Part shown: in pieces, positions 1 to 12,101 of the stretch
Position numbering within the stretch: position 1 is the first letter of the stretch
Layout: every line of letters begins with the position of its first letter
Source of the DNA: Balamuthia mandrillaris
Lineage: Eukaryota
Reading direction: 5' to 3'
Length of the DNA stretch: 64,000 bases
Assembly: GCA_031835245.2 (NCBI GenBank)
Contig: JAVKOQ020000117.1
Coordinates: forward strand, 1 to 64,000
Position numbers and translations under genes: made by a program
Notes under the pieces: model-generated
Database searches by the model: none
What the model was told of the DNA's origin: nothing
The model's input: the letters and a program-made list of their open reading frames with translations, nothing else

Positions 1-2104
1 GCAGCAGTGGGTATTATCATTACAGAGTGTTATTCACATGAACAGGCAGTCTGCAATTGAAAAGGTTTGATCTAAAGTGATATTAGTGATCTTGATCCTA
101 CTATGCTCTTGGATATCCACTGTTTTTATTTGAAAAACTTTATGATACAAGTTTGAAAAATAATATGATGAGTTCTGGAGGCTATAGACATCATCAGATT
201 GTATTGATTATCAACACAGAGGTCTTGGACTAAGAAAGAGCAGGGAGAGGAAAAAATGATATGACACAAAAAATTGTTTCTGTAAGTAACAACAAAAATT
301 GTTTTTTGCCCTTTTTATTTTCTTTCCTCTTTTCCTTTTAACACATTCAAAGCACAAACTTTGGTCCATACTCCTTTACTTGTGAATAAAACCACCCAGA
401 GTTGCTTATGTGCCCTCCTTTACTTGTGAATAAAACCACCCCTTTCTTGATCCGCAGAGTTATTTCGTATCAACATTTTTGATGATTAAGGAGGATAGGA
501 GCCGTGATGGGAGGTTTCACTTTGTTTTCACAGTTGTCTTCTCTTCACCCACCATTCAGACATTCAGCAGCTGAATGTAAACAGATTAAACAGATGAAAG
601 ACAGTACTCAGACACCTGCAAAGCCAACACCAGCCAACGCCCCAATGGCAACAACAATGGGTCCTCCTCATCTTCTTTCTCATTATCAAGCCATCCTCTG
701 TCCTCCAATAAACACACCTGCTGTAAGTGCTCAGCGCCCTGGCATCCTAGTCATCAGTGTAAACCCCACCAGCCTGCAGCGCTTAATGCTAGCCAAGCAC
801 TGACATTACCATCTCAGCAACTGGCTTCAGCATCATTGCCACCTTCATCATCATCTCCTTTACCAGCTCCGCCTCCTTCTGGCACCAACCAGCCGTCTAC
901 CATGGTAAGACACCTTCTTGTAGCTTGAACAGGAAGATTATTGTCAAGCTTGAAAGAATCTGAGCATCAAGTAGGTATTGAATTACAGGTTCCATCAAGT
1001 GGGGAATGGACAACTCATGCCACCAAGGCCAAGCAAGCCCTCTACAGCCTTAGGCAGCAGGGAGCCATTGCTTAAGGCCCATTGTAGAGCAGAATTGGGC
1101 TGGTTGACCATCAAGGCCTACTGTGAGTTGGAAAGACAAGCAGTAATTCATCATGCTGAGAGGCAAGATGGCCACTTTGAGCTACTTGAAGAGGTAAGCC
1201 AAGCAAGAGAAAAGGAAGATAAGAAGAATGAAGGTGAGGAAGGTGACAGGACGACTGTTGTTGAAAAGAAAGCCAAGAGGATGAGGACCTTAACTCGAGT
1301 AGCCAAGGTGGAGTATGCAGCTGAAGGAGAAAGAGGAACAAGAGCATGGCTATGGCATAACTTCTTGACAAATGAAAGATGTTTGGTTAGACAACAACGG
1401 AGCTTAGTGATTACCAACCCAAGGAAAGAACGTTTGATGAATGCTATTCGTTGTGGTGGACTGCCCATTGGAAAAAAGTGGGGAGCCATTCAGCAGTCTG
1501 AGGAGGATAGCAACTGCCCTGCATGACACCAAGCACGTACAGGTGAGCATCACTAGTGTGAAATTTCGATCACAATTATTTATTGTTGAGCAGGAATGCT
1601 TGGTGGTGTTGCCAGCAACATGGTTTTGTATGGGTTTCCCTGCTAAAGTTTAGATAGGCATTTTCACACTTTTTTTGTAGACAACCAAAAAAAAGAAAGA
1701 TGAACTGACAGGAGTATCAACGCTTTTATCAATGCAACTACTATGCACAAAAAAAACGAGAAAGGGAGGAGAAGGAACAAGAGGAACAGCAGTGACAAGA
1801 AGAAGCTCAAGAGAAACTTGAAAGAAGGCGAGCACAACAAGCCGCATCAAAACGGCATCGCTGAGCAGCTTCTTCTGCAAGTTTATGCTTGTCCTTGCCC
1901 TCTACTTCACCCTCGCCCTCGCCCTCGCCCTCGCCCTCGCCCTCGCCCTCACCCTTGCTGGAGGACCTGCAACAGCACTGTAGAGAGTTGGAAGGAAAGC
2001 TACAGAAAAGAAAAAATACAATTATTCAACAATAGGTATCACAAGCTAACTATAGAGTATGCCTTTGGTGATTCTTGTTGTTGAATAATTGTATTTTTCC
2101 TCTA

Positions 2105-3675
2105 GCAAACAATTGAGGAGCTCAGCCAACAACTGGAAAAGCAACGTGAGAGAGAAGGAAAGGAAGAAAAAGAAAGAGAACCACTACTTCAGCTCATCAA
2201 CCGGTTGATTGAGCTTTGTAAGTCAATGAACCAAAACAATCCTTTATGATGGCAGTTGGTGGCTGTGTTGACACAAGACTGGCAGAAAGAAGAAGTCTAT
2301 TCAAGATTGAGAATAAGTCGAGCAATGCTTTGGAGAGGAAGAAGAGACCTTGTACTGAAAAGACCCATTTGGCGGATTGTTCAAAGGGCACCAAACATTT
2401 TGCAACCCAGGCACCGGGCAGCAGCAAAGCAGCAATTCTGGGCAATAGTGAATGACATTGCCCCTTGTCCATCAGGTCGAAATTATCACGTCTATGTTGG
2501 AACTAGAAGAGGGTTCTATTTAGCTTATACAAGAGAACACAGACAACGAGGACTTATTAGTGAACCATTGTCATATGGAGAGGTGATGTACCATCTTTTG
2601 GCCCGATGAAGAGGAAGAAGTTGAGAAGAAGCTGCATGCCTTGTACGATTTCATTGGAAGAGAAAGGCAAAATGGTGTCACAAGTGCAGACGCTATGAAG
2701 AGCTTGCTGCAAAAAAAGAAGTGAAAGACCTGGAGGAAAATGCAAAAAAGGAATGGCCAAAGCTAGAAGATCATCATTGCTTGCAGTATGCTCAGCGTTC
2801 TTATTACCTAAAGGTACACACAACTTAGTTGCTTTGTATCTTAGAAAAAAAACCTTACTTTACCTGAAAAGACAAAACATCAGCTGGCACAAGGTGAGGC
2901 TCTTATTTTTCAAGACTTCACACAACTCAAGACTGAAGCAGGGGGCTTCTATCAAGACCTAATCATTGTGTGGTTTGAGAGAGAAGCAGATGGTCAACTG
3001 AAGAGCCATTATCAACACTTCTTAACAAATGAGAAAACAGAAAGAAGTGAAGAAGGAAAGAAGACAAAAAAACGGTACACAGCAGACCTTAACTTTGTGG
3101 CAGGCGTGTGGGAGACGCTCTTAGAGTCAACATGGAAGGACTTCAAAAAGCTCATCGTTTTTTCGGATGGGTGTGGCCAGCAGTTTAAGTGCACAAAACA
3201 CATAGCATGGATGCGGTCAGTTGCCTGTTACAGAAACCTTCCTGTGGATTACAACTTTTTTGCTTCAAACCATGGTTACAACCAAGTGTGTGATGTTATT
3301 GGTGCTCAGGTGCAACATACCTTAGTTTGTTGGGAACTGGACCGAGGCAGTGAGGACAAAGATGCAAGGCTTAAAGTTCCACAAGACATAGCAGCAGTCA
3401 TTTCTACCACAAAAGGTCATAAAGGCTCTGTTGCCCCTACACCAAAGAAGATAAACAAAGTTACCATGCAGCAAGGCCTCAAAGATTGGCACCAAATCAA
3501 ATACCAACCAGATGGCACACTTCATGTTTGGCATGCTTCCACAAATACAGTCCCACGAGCTACCTTGAAGTTCACCAACCACAAAAGCTTCGTTTTTACA
3601 ACAGGCACAGACAGCAGGAAGAGGCACAAGGAGGCCAAAAAGCAACCACCCCTTTCTCCTGCTATTTGGGAGTAA
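2105..3675 (+). mobile_element. Degenerate DDD-type (Sola-like) DNA transposase relic
   Basis: Reading across stops and frameshifts gives WCHKC...HHC, then QDF, IVFSDGCGQQFK and YNFFASNHGYNQVCD. This matches my recollection of the three-aspartate spacing in Sola-type eukaryotic transposases. In-frame TGA at 2247 and 2607. Confidence 0.6.
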
Positions 3676-3719
3676 CTTTTTTTTCTTTTTTTTTTCCCCT
3701 TTGTCTACAATAATTGATG

Positions 3720-4305
3720 TCAGCACTCACGATCAATCGAAAACTCGCAGACAGAACACCTGCAATTGCTCCGTGTCATGTGATGCTGAGGAAGAAACAG
3801 CAGAACACTTCCTGTTAAGGTGTCCAAATCTTTGGGAAGATCGCTTTAGAATCTGGAGTGTGGACAATGGAAATGAAGAACAAGTCAGAAAGCTGATTAT
3901 AGAAGACTGTACAACAAAGCTCCTGTCAAGTGGAAAGAAATACAACAGAGCTCAAGAGATGGAACAATGTAAGCAAAGTTGTAAACGAGTCTGGAGATTG
4001 TGGGCAGCAAGAGCAAGTTGGAAGCATGGAAGTTCTTCTGCATTTTATCAATCTTTGGAAGTAATGTAATAGCAAGGAAAAGAGATGGAAAGGGAAAGAA
4101 AAGGGTAGCTAGATGATACAAAGTTAGTCTGAAATCTCATTCAACACCTTTCATTTGTGAATTTGAATAACAATTGGGAAGGCATTGAGGATGAGGGAGT
4201 AAGAGAAGTAAGAGTACACTATGTATGTACAATGCTTACTTTTTATGTATAGATTGGTGTTGTTCTTAGAGCAAATAAACTTCTTATTACTACTACTACT
4301 ACTAC
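3720..4305 (+). mobile_element. 5'-truncated non-LTR retrotransposon (LINE) 3' end
   Basis: ORF 3701-4069 has CSVSC...EETAEHFLLRCP...RIW (zf-RVT-like C-terminal zinc motif). It is followed by AATAAA at 4274 and a (TAC)n tail at 4288-4305. Confidence 0.65.
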
Positions 4306-5292
4306 TTTCCTTGAGTGAGCAGGAAGAAAATCTCCTTCAACAACATTGGTAGATTTCTGCTAATATCAACTTTTTCTAATTGTCAACCATCTTGTGCTTT
4401 CCAAGCTCTTTTCAACATGTGTTGATGTTTGAAGATCTTTGTTGTAATACTTGCCCTTCTTAACAACAATGTCCTTTCACCTCTCTTTTACTGGTTTTTT
4501 TTTTGTCATTTTATCTTGTAGTTTCTCAGCCATTGCTTTCACTTCATTGAGTGAAAGTATGCATTGGCTGTGCAAATGTCTTCCTCTTATTTGCTATCTC
4601 TGTTTCATTCTTTATTTTGAAAATCAAAGCTTTTTGTCCTGTAGCACCGCAGGGTAGACAAAACCAAGATTACACGTCACACTATTCCCCTTTGTCTGTG
4701 TGGGATAATACATGACTCCTCAACACATATGTCCACCCTGCGGGGCTACACTTTTTGTCCTGCTAATGTAAGAAGAAAGATCATTTTTTTGATCAGTTGA
4801 GTGTAAAGGAAAGTCATGGGGAAAATCCACTGTGGTTGTGCCTTTGTGAACACTTGGCTTTCTTGGATATTCATAAGGAATATGTGTTGAAAAACCAATG
4901 ATTCATTCATTATAACTTCCTGTTAACAAAACTTGGATTCCCCATGTTTTCTCACCTCTTTTAAACACAGAGTCGTTTTCATGCTGTCCCTTTCTTGATC
5001 CACAGGGTTTATCCCCCATCAACATATATATGTATGACTAGTGTCATTCACATGAATAGCTTTCTAAGGATTTTTTGGTAAAAAGAGAAGCTAAGCAAAA
5101 AGGACTACCTCTAATTATAAAGAAATTCAGGGTGGCAACTCAAAAGTCAACAATAAAAGTGATTAAGTGCTTGTGTATAACTAAAGTGGTAAGATGGTTC
5201 TTTGTCAGTAAAAGAGATGTTTTGATAAGTCATCAGAAGCTTCTTGGTAAAGAGAGAACTATATACACAAAGTAGGTCTTTTTAATACATAC

Positions 5293-6050
5293 AAGCCAGC
5301 CTCTCGACTTGGTGATACTGGAGGGAGACACAGCAAGCAAGTTGGTCAGGGATGTGAAGGAGTTCTTGGACAATCCCAAGTGGTACTTGGAGAGAGGCAT
5401 CCCTTACTGTCGTGGCTATCTGCTCTATGGCTCTCCTGGCTCTGGGTTTGTTGCGCTTTGCTCCTCCTTTTGCTTCCTTTGGCTCTAACAAAGGCAAACA
5501 AAAACAGCAAGAGCAGTTTCATCTACACACTGGCCGGGCATTTGGAATATGACATCTGCATGTTGAACCTCAGCGAGAAAGGGCTGACGGACAATCGACT
5601 GGCTCACCTCCTCAGCGTCGTCCCTCAACGCAGCATCACCCTCCTTGAAGACGTCGACGCTGCTTTCCTTCGTCGCGACCAGCTTCCTTCCTCCTCCTCC
5701 TCCTCTGCTCATCACTATCCCACCACAGTAACTTTCAGCGGCCTTTTGAACACGTTGGATGGCGTTTCGGCCACCGAAGAGCGCATTCTCTTCATGACCA
5801 CCAATCATATCGAGCAGCTGGATCCGGCGTTGATACGTCCCGGCCGTGTGAATGTGAAGCAAGAGTTGGGTCACGCCACTCCTGCGCAAATGAAGAAGAT
5901 GTTTGCCCGGTTCTATCGGATAGGTATTGTAGGAGAAGGAGAAGATGGAGAAGGCAAAGGCGAAGAAGGAAGGAGGATGGCGGAAGAGTTTGAGGCCAAG
6001 TTGAGGGATGAGATGGTAAAGAACGCGGCGGGAGATAAGCATGGCGCAGC
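5293..6050 (+). pseudogene. BCS1: BCS1-like mitochondrial AAA ATPase fragment (N- and C-truncated, intron retained)
   Basis: [10 protein letters not shown]...[32 protein letters not shown] / intron ~5446-5507 / KSSF...LLEDVDAAF...[13 protein letters not shown]...[11 protein letters not shown]...[11 protein letters not shown]. No upstream BCS1_N exons are visible and the 3' end runs into a repeat-family copy. Confidence 0.8.
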
Positions 6051-6059
6051 TGCAAGGTT

Positions 6060-6908
6060 TGAACATCTGTATTCTATACAATGCAAGATTGAAAATGGGA
6101 ATGGACAATTAGAGCTCATCTGAAGCAAAGTATGTTTTTCACATCAGTCCCAAAACAAAAGTAGAAAATACGTTCAAGGGAGCTTCTGGTAGAAGAGGCA
6201 GGCATAAAGAGAATACTTTCAGCTATTATACTTGCTTTTCCACTATGGGCAGCTTTGTTCCTCTCTTCTCGCACCCTTTCTTTGCCTTGAATTAGTTTCA
6301 AATCATCTTCCAAGAGGATTCCTGTGGGGTTTTTCTCCTTCACAGCAATGCATGCAAGGTTGAGGAAGTGGCGCCTTAGGGCCTTATGTTGAGCATTCTG
6401 TACAATGGCAAGCTTCTTCTGAATTGTGGCCAGGACCTCATCATGCTTCAAAATGGTGGCTTGTAAAGCTTCTCTGTCCTCGTCAGCTTTCTTTAATGCC
6501 ATTTTAAAGGTCTCTCTGTCCTCCTCGGCCTTCTTTAATGCCATTTTAAAGGTCTCTCTGTCCTCCTCGGCCTTCCTTCTGTCCTCCACCTCAGGCCCAG
6601 GTCTGGTGGTGGTGTGCTTTTCCTCACCCTTGATGAGGTGTTGGCCTCGCAGCTCTGCTAGTTCAGAAAGCTGGGGCTGCGTCTTATCCTTGGGGTGCAC
6701 GAGGATAACTGGCGTGTTGTTGCAATTGCGTTTGCCGAGGAGGACAGAGAGACCTTTAAAATGGCATTAAAGAAAGCTGACGAGGCCTCAGAAGCAGATT
6801 TGGCAATCCGCCGTTCATCGATTCTTTGTGTTATCGTCTTCTCCATGGTTGATGTTATCACTCCAATGCTGTTTACGCTAGGCCAAACCGTTGCATGGCT
6901 CCTGGACT
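6060..6908 (-). pseudogene. Copy 1 of a dispersed gene family with KKAEEDR/ETFKMAL heptad repeats (rearranged)
   Basis: Clearly homologous to 26375-27588 (MEKTITQRIDERRIAK...HPKDKTQPQLSELA). The internal ~310 bp are replaced by an inverted 52-bp piece. Confidence 0.75.
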
Positions 6909-8545
6909 GAAGCGCTGCAGAGCAGACAGCTATTGAGGAGTCTTGTGTTTCCAGGAATAGCGTGAGGTGTTATCTTGGTTTTTGTCTACTCCTGTGAGCA
7001 CATTGGCTCCTTGCCTCCGTTTAAATTTTAAGGCCAAGACTAAAATCCCAAATTTTCAAGGAGAGAAGAAAAGCAAAAAATGGTGAAACGGCACAACACC
7101 TAGGCCTTGGCAGTGAGAAGCCAGGGTCACCGCTGCATAAATTAAATCTTCCGAGGCCTTGGCCTTTCCTGTGTTGCCCGGTGTTCGCTTTCTTTTGACA
7201 CTTTGCATTGATGGCTAGCATTTCGTGGTTCTCCAAACTTCTGCCAGCCTTTCTGCCAAGAATTGTCGGCATTGGTTGCTTGTTTGAAAGGCTGGCAGCC
7301 CACGTTGTCCCATAAAGCAAAGAGCCTACCAGGCGTCTTCTTCTGGAGAGGAATGCACAGTGTGGCTGTCACTGCTTTGCCCCATAGGTGCTTGTTTTAA
7401 ACAGTGCACTAACATTATCAGAAGACCTGTTTCTGACATAAAGCTGTGCCTTCTTTTTTGCTACCGAAGGAAAGAGACCAGCCTCACTTGGTGCACAAGG
7501 TGAATTTCTACCAAAAAAAAAAAGATTAGTTGTCAAGATTACTATAACACTAAGCTGTCACATTTTACCTCACATGGATGGTGATGGATCACCCTGTTGG
7601 TAAAGCGAAGGAGGTCAGTTCTGCGTGATAGGCTGCTCCAAAAAACATTTTCAACTGGGCAATACGGCCTTCGTCATCATTTTCAATGCTTCACTTCCAT
7701 TCGCTCACCAATATTGGCCAAAAAGGTGTCAACAAATTCCAACGGGTGCTTTGTTGATGCCGTCCTTCACCGCGACAACTAAATATTCTCTGCAAACGAG
7801 GTCGAGAACAAAGTACTGCTCGCCTAAAAAAAATCCCATGTGCTGGTCGGTTGACGTTCCAGCAGCATTGAATCTACCCCGGCAGCTGTAATGGAAGACG
7901 CTGTGGGACGGGGAAGGCGGCTAACCACGAAGCACCAAATGGATGACCCACTGCTATCGGGACTTTGGGTGTGGAAATTGAGGATGGATGAATTGGTGCC
8001 CATCATCACTCCAATCAATGTGACGTAACGGCAACAAGTTACATGCGAGCAGTGCAAGGAGAGTGGCATCCACACGGCGGTGCGGAGCGGTTTCGTCCGC
8101 GCATACCCAAGGATACAGTTCGAGCTACGAGCAAACAAGAGCCTGGCTACGTTGGCGTGGGAAGATCTACAGCGTTGCGAAAGTGCTAATGTCAATTTGC
8201 AGACATGAGGACTTGTGTCTGCACCGTAGATTGCACGTTAGGCAACTCCGTTACCAATCCAAAATACTTTCGAGATTAGTAGCAGGGAAGGGCACCAACA
8301 ACAACCACCCTTTTTTGTGCTTGTTTTGGACAAGTTCTAATGAAATCACTGCTACTCCGAGAGCGGGGCCATTGGTTGTTGTGGGGAAACTTAGCACCTT
8401 TTTTTGGGGGGGTTGCAACACAAACATATTAGGTTGAGTAAAAATCTTCCATATTGTCAGCAGTAATAGAACAAAGACAATAAACAGAGTAAAGTAAAAA
8501 TCCCACACCGCTCTTCCCCTCCACCAACCACCAGACAAAGACAAC

Positions 8546-11500
8546 ATGTTCCTGCTGAAGAGCTTGGGGAGCTTAGTTTGGCGTGAAGACACGTCTGCAT
8601 TTCTGCAAGCTTCCGGCACTTTTTATCGCCAGAGCAAGGAAGGAGCGCCATGGCACTGCCTGTACGTTGATCGTTCAACTCCTCCTCCTCCTCCTCCTCT
8701 GGTTGGTCTCTTTATGCTGTTGCAATACTAACAAGACGATGCTATGTGCATGCGCACTTGTTGCAGTTGGAACGACTGTACAGCAACTATCGTTCGTTCG
8801 GAAGTGCCACACCTCTACCACTTGGTGGTTGCTCGCGTCTTTGAAGAGGGAGAGGAGCCCGAACAGGAGGACACTACCAAAAGCTTTCCTTTGATGGAAG
8901 AGATGCAACTGCACAAGGAAAGAGGGCCATTGGAAGGCCAAGCGTTCAGTTGGTTGGACCCCGCTCTTCCCACTGCTCGTCTTCTTTTCGAATTTGATGA
9001 CTCGGCCGCAAAGATGGTCAACCTCTTTGAGGCCACTCTTTGTAAGTGCCTTTGGGAATGTACCTACCAAGAACCGGGCTCCAAAGTCTCCGAAGAAGAA
9101 CTGGAAGAATACAGCCAGTACTGTTGCCTTCCCCTCCTCTACTCCACTCGATGCTCTCTACTCTTAGACTGATGTTGTTCTCTCCTTCTGGTACTCCTGT
9201 GTTCTTTTTTTCTTTTTGGCCACGTGTAGGAGAATATGGTCTACCCCCACGGCGGCGGCTACTGCCTCTCCCTCCAAGTCTGTTACAGTCACAACACCAC
9301 CTGCTGTTGCTGATTCTCGTCCTATTGTGCCTCTTCCAGAGCAGCAAGAAGTTATAGGCACTGAGTTATTAAGGACCGGTGCCGATCTATTTCTCTTTGA
9401 CGACTCTCAACAAAAGTTCAACCTCATCGAATCTGAAGTGGAGGTCACTATTAACAACACACTAAGCACGAAGGAGACCATTACACGTAACTTGATTCTT
9501 CTTTCTGTTCTCTTCTCTCTTCTCTCTTCTCTCTTCTCTCTTCTCTCTTCTCTCTTCTCTCTTCTCTCTTCTCTCTTCTCTCTTCTCTCTTCTCTCATGA
9601 GACTAACTTTTTGTTCTTCATAGATGTGCTTTTTGTGTTAAAAGGAAGCCAAGTCATGATTTCTCAAACAATTACTACAGAGATGTACATGCACTTTGAT
9701 AAGGTACTCTTTTCTTCGTACTTGTCAACCACACCTTTACTGATGACACAAACAATATGATGAAGGAAAACCGCTCTGTTATTTGGGTAGCTGTACATAA
9801 AGATAAAGTTTTTACTTGGAGTTTGATGTTTGCAGACCCTGACACTGACGAAGAGTTCAAGAAGACCTTTTCTAAGTGTTTATGGGAAACTAATACATGT
9901 ACTCCCTTCAGCAAAGTCAAGGTATGTTTGCCTGTTACTTGGCTCTTTATCTCAATGCTAAACAGGGGAGTTGGTACTCTTGGGCGTTGTTTACTTCTTC
10001 AGAAAACAGATGTGGATTGGATATTGGGAGCCTGGCGTGATGATGCTTCTGCAGTTGAGGCAAATGACGGTGTTAATGGTGATAATTCTTGCTTTCTCTT
10101 CCAACTTTGCTACTAACTCTTTCCTGTAACAGAGTTTGATTTACTGGACTTTGTTGAAGATGGCGCAGATAAAGAAGAGGAGAAAAATGAGGATGATGAG
10201 GAAGAAGGAGAAGAGGAAGAGGAAGAGGAAGAGGAGGAGTACGAAGAAGACGGAACGAGCGAGGACGAGAGCCAAGAGGAAAGAGGGAAAAGCAAGGGAC
10301 CTCGTAATAGTGCGTTGGCTGTGGGGTAGGTTTATTTTGTTTCCTCAAGCAAATCTCTTAGCATATGATAACATATTGCTCTCAGATATAAATATGACAG
10401 ATCTTTTGTCGCTCGAGGCTCTCAAATTGGGGTGTTTAAGCACACTCCCAGGAAGCTTAAATTTGCTACAACCCTCAAGAACGTTAAGACACCGGGTGGC
10501 AAGTTCTTTTCTCCAAAGAAGGTATACATCCTTGTATTCTCATCCCCAACATTAAATTCTTACTTCAGTTTTGAAACATGGCAGATGATGCTTCACCAGG
10601 AAGATGACTCGTTGTTGCTGCTTGATCCAGCAGAGCGCAACAAGATTTTCAAAATGGACTTACACAGGGGAGACGTTGTGGAAGAATGGGTTTGTAGCAG
10701 CAAAGCAACCACCTTTTATTGTTTTATTGTTTTTTTTTTTGTTTTGTTTGAGTGCTTATGTTTTAACTCGTTTTTATTTCATTTTTTTTTTTTGTTGTTT
10801 GCAGGAAATGGCTCCTACCCACTCTTTGCATGACATTATTCCAGAAACAAAATATGCTCAGATGACTCCATCACAAACTCTGCTTGCCGTTAATCAGCAC
10901 GGGTTCTTTAAAGTCGATCCTCGTCTACCGAAATACAAACAGGTTGATACCAGAAGGTACTTGTGTTTAATGTGTAAGAGATATCTGATAGTCGGATAGC
11001 ACACTAACGTTTTGTCTCAGCTTGATGTATGGTGCTCGAGTTGGTAGAAATCAAGGGCCACAACTGAGTTGTGCAGCCTCTACAGAAGCAGGTAAGTAAT
11101 AAGGGTTAACTTGGCGACTGTCTTGGTAGAAATTTCATTGTTTATCTTGGGGTTCTCAAAACAAAGGACAACTGGCTATCGGTAGTGCTAAAGGCCAGAT
11201 ACGTCTTTTCAGTCAGAAAACATTGAACAGAGATATAGCGGACCCATTAGACAGAAAACCTAGAGCTAAGACAGAGTTGCCTGGATTCGGTGGTATGCTT
11301 TTGCCTGCTCTCCCTTGCTTTGTATTCCTTTTAACCGATATCCTGACACATTGATGAGAACAGATCCTATTATTGGTATCGATGTGACAGCCGACGGACA
11401 TTGGGTCTTGGCTACCTGCCCTACTTATTTGTTGGTGGTGCCTACGGTCTTGTCAGGTGGCACCACTGGCTTTGAGACAAGCATGGGCAAAGAAAAGGTG

Positions 11501-11952
11501 CTTTATTATCCTTCCAATTTGGTAAGAAAGGTGTCACATTCACTGACTAAGTGCAATACTCTACTTTTGCAGCCTGTGCCTCGCCGTCTGCAGCTGAAGC
11601 GAGAACATATAGAGCAAATGCAGGGCCATGTCCGCTTCACTCCTGCTCGCTTCAACATTGGACAGGACACGGAGCGCTCCATTGTAACCTCCACTGGTCC
11701 TTACATCATAACCTGGAACTTCCGTAAAGTTAAACAGGTGAGTGAAATATTTCCCTTCTATTTCCAAAACACCTTTACTGACTGGTGTGACTTTTCATCC
11801 ATCAGAACAAACTTGACGAATACCAAATTAAGCGATACCAAGACACCATCGTTGCTGATCAATTCAGGTATGGAGCCGACAACTCTGTGGTGGTGACAAT
11901 GCCCAACGATGTCACAATGGCGCACAAAGCTGTTGTCAAGAAACTATTTTGA
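8546..11952 (+). CDS. VID27: VID27 vacuolar import and degradation protein (multi-exon)
   Basis: N-terminal MFLLKSLG...NDCTATIVRSEVPHLYHLVVARVFEEGEE, an acidic linker, then MMLHQED..LLLLD...IFKMDLHRGDVVEEW, DPIIGIDVTADGHWVLATCPTYLL, RFTPARFN, ERSIVTSTGPYIITWNF. Stop TGA at 11950-11952. Confidence 0.9.
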
Positions 11953-12101
11953 ACGCCGACCAATTGGGCGATGTTGACCTGCAAAAAATGTGAGAAGAGA
12001 GATTGCAAAATAAAGCTACGTTGTCGAGAATGAGTCTCAGAAAAGATGAACAAAAAACAAGCAGCATTTTTTTCGTTTTGCAAAAAGCCTCTCTTTCCCT
12101 C

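Noticed and set aside
480..1650. Several overlapping ORFs on both strands
   Set aside because: No recognisable motifs and many stops in the most protein-like frame; cannot support a call.
6950..8440. Possible decayed gene or transposon on the minus strand
   Set aside because: Protein-like stretches are interrupted by stops and I recognise no family motif.
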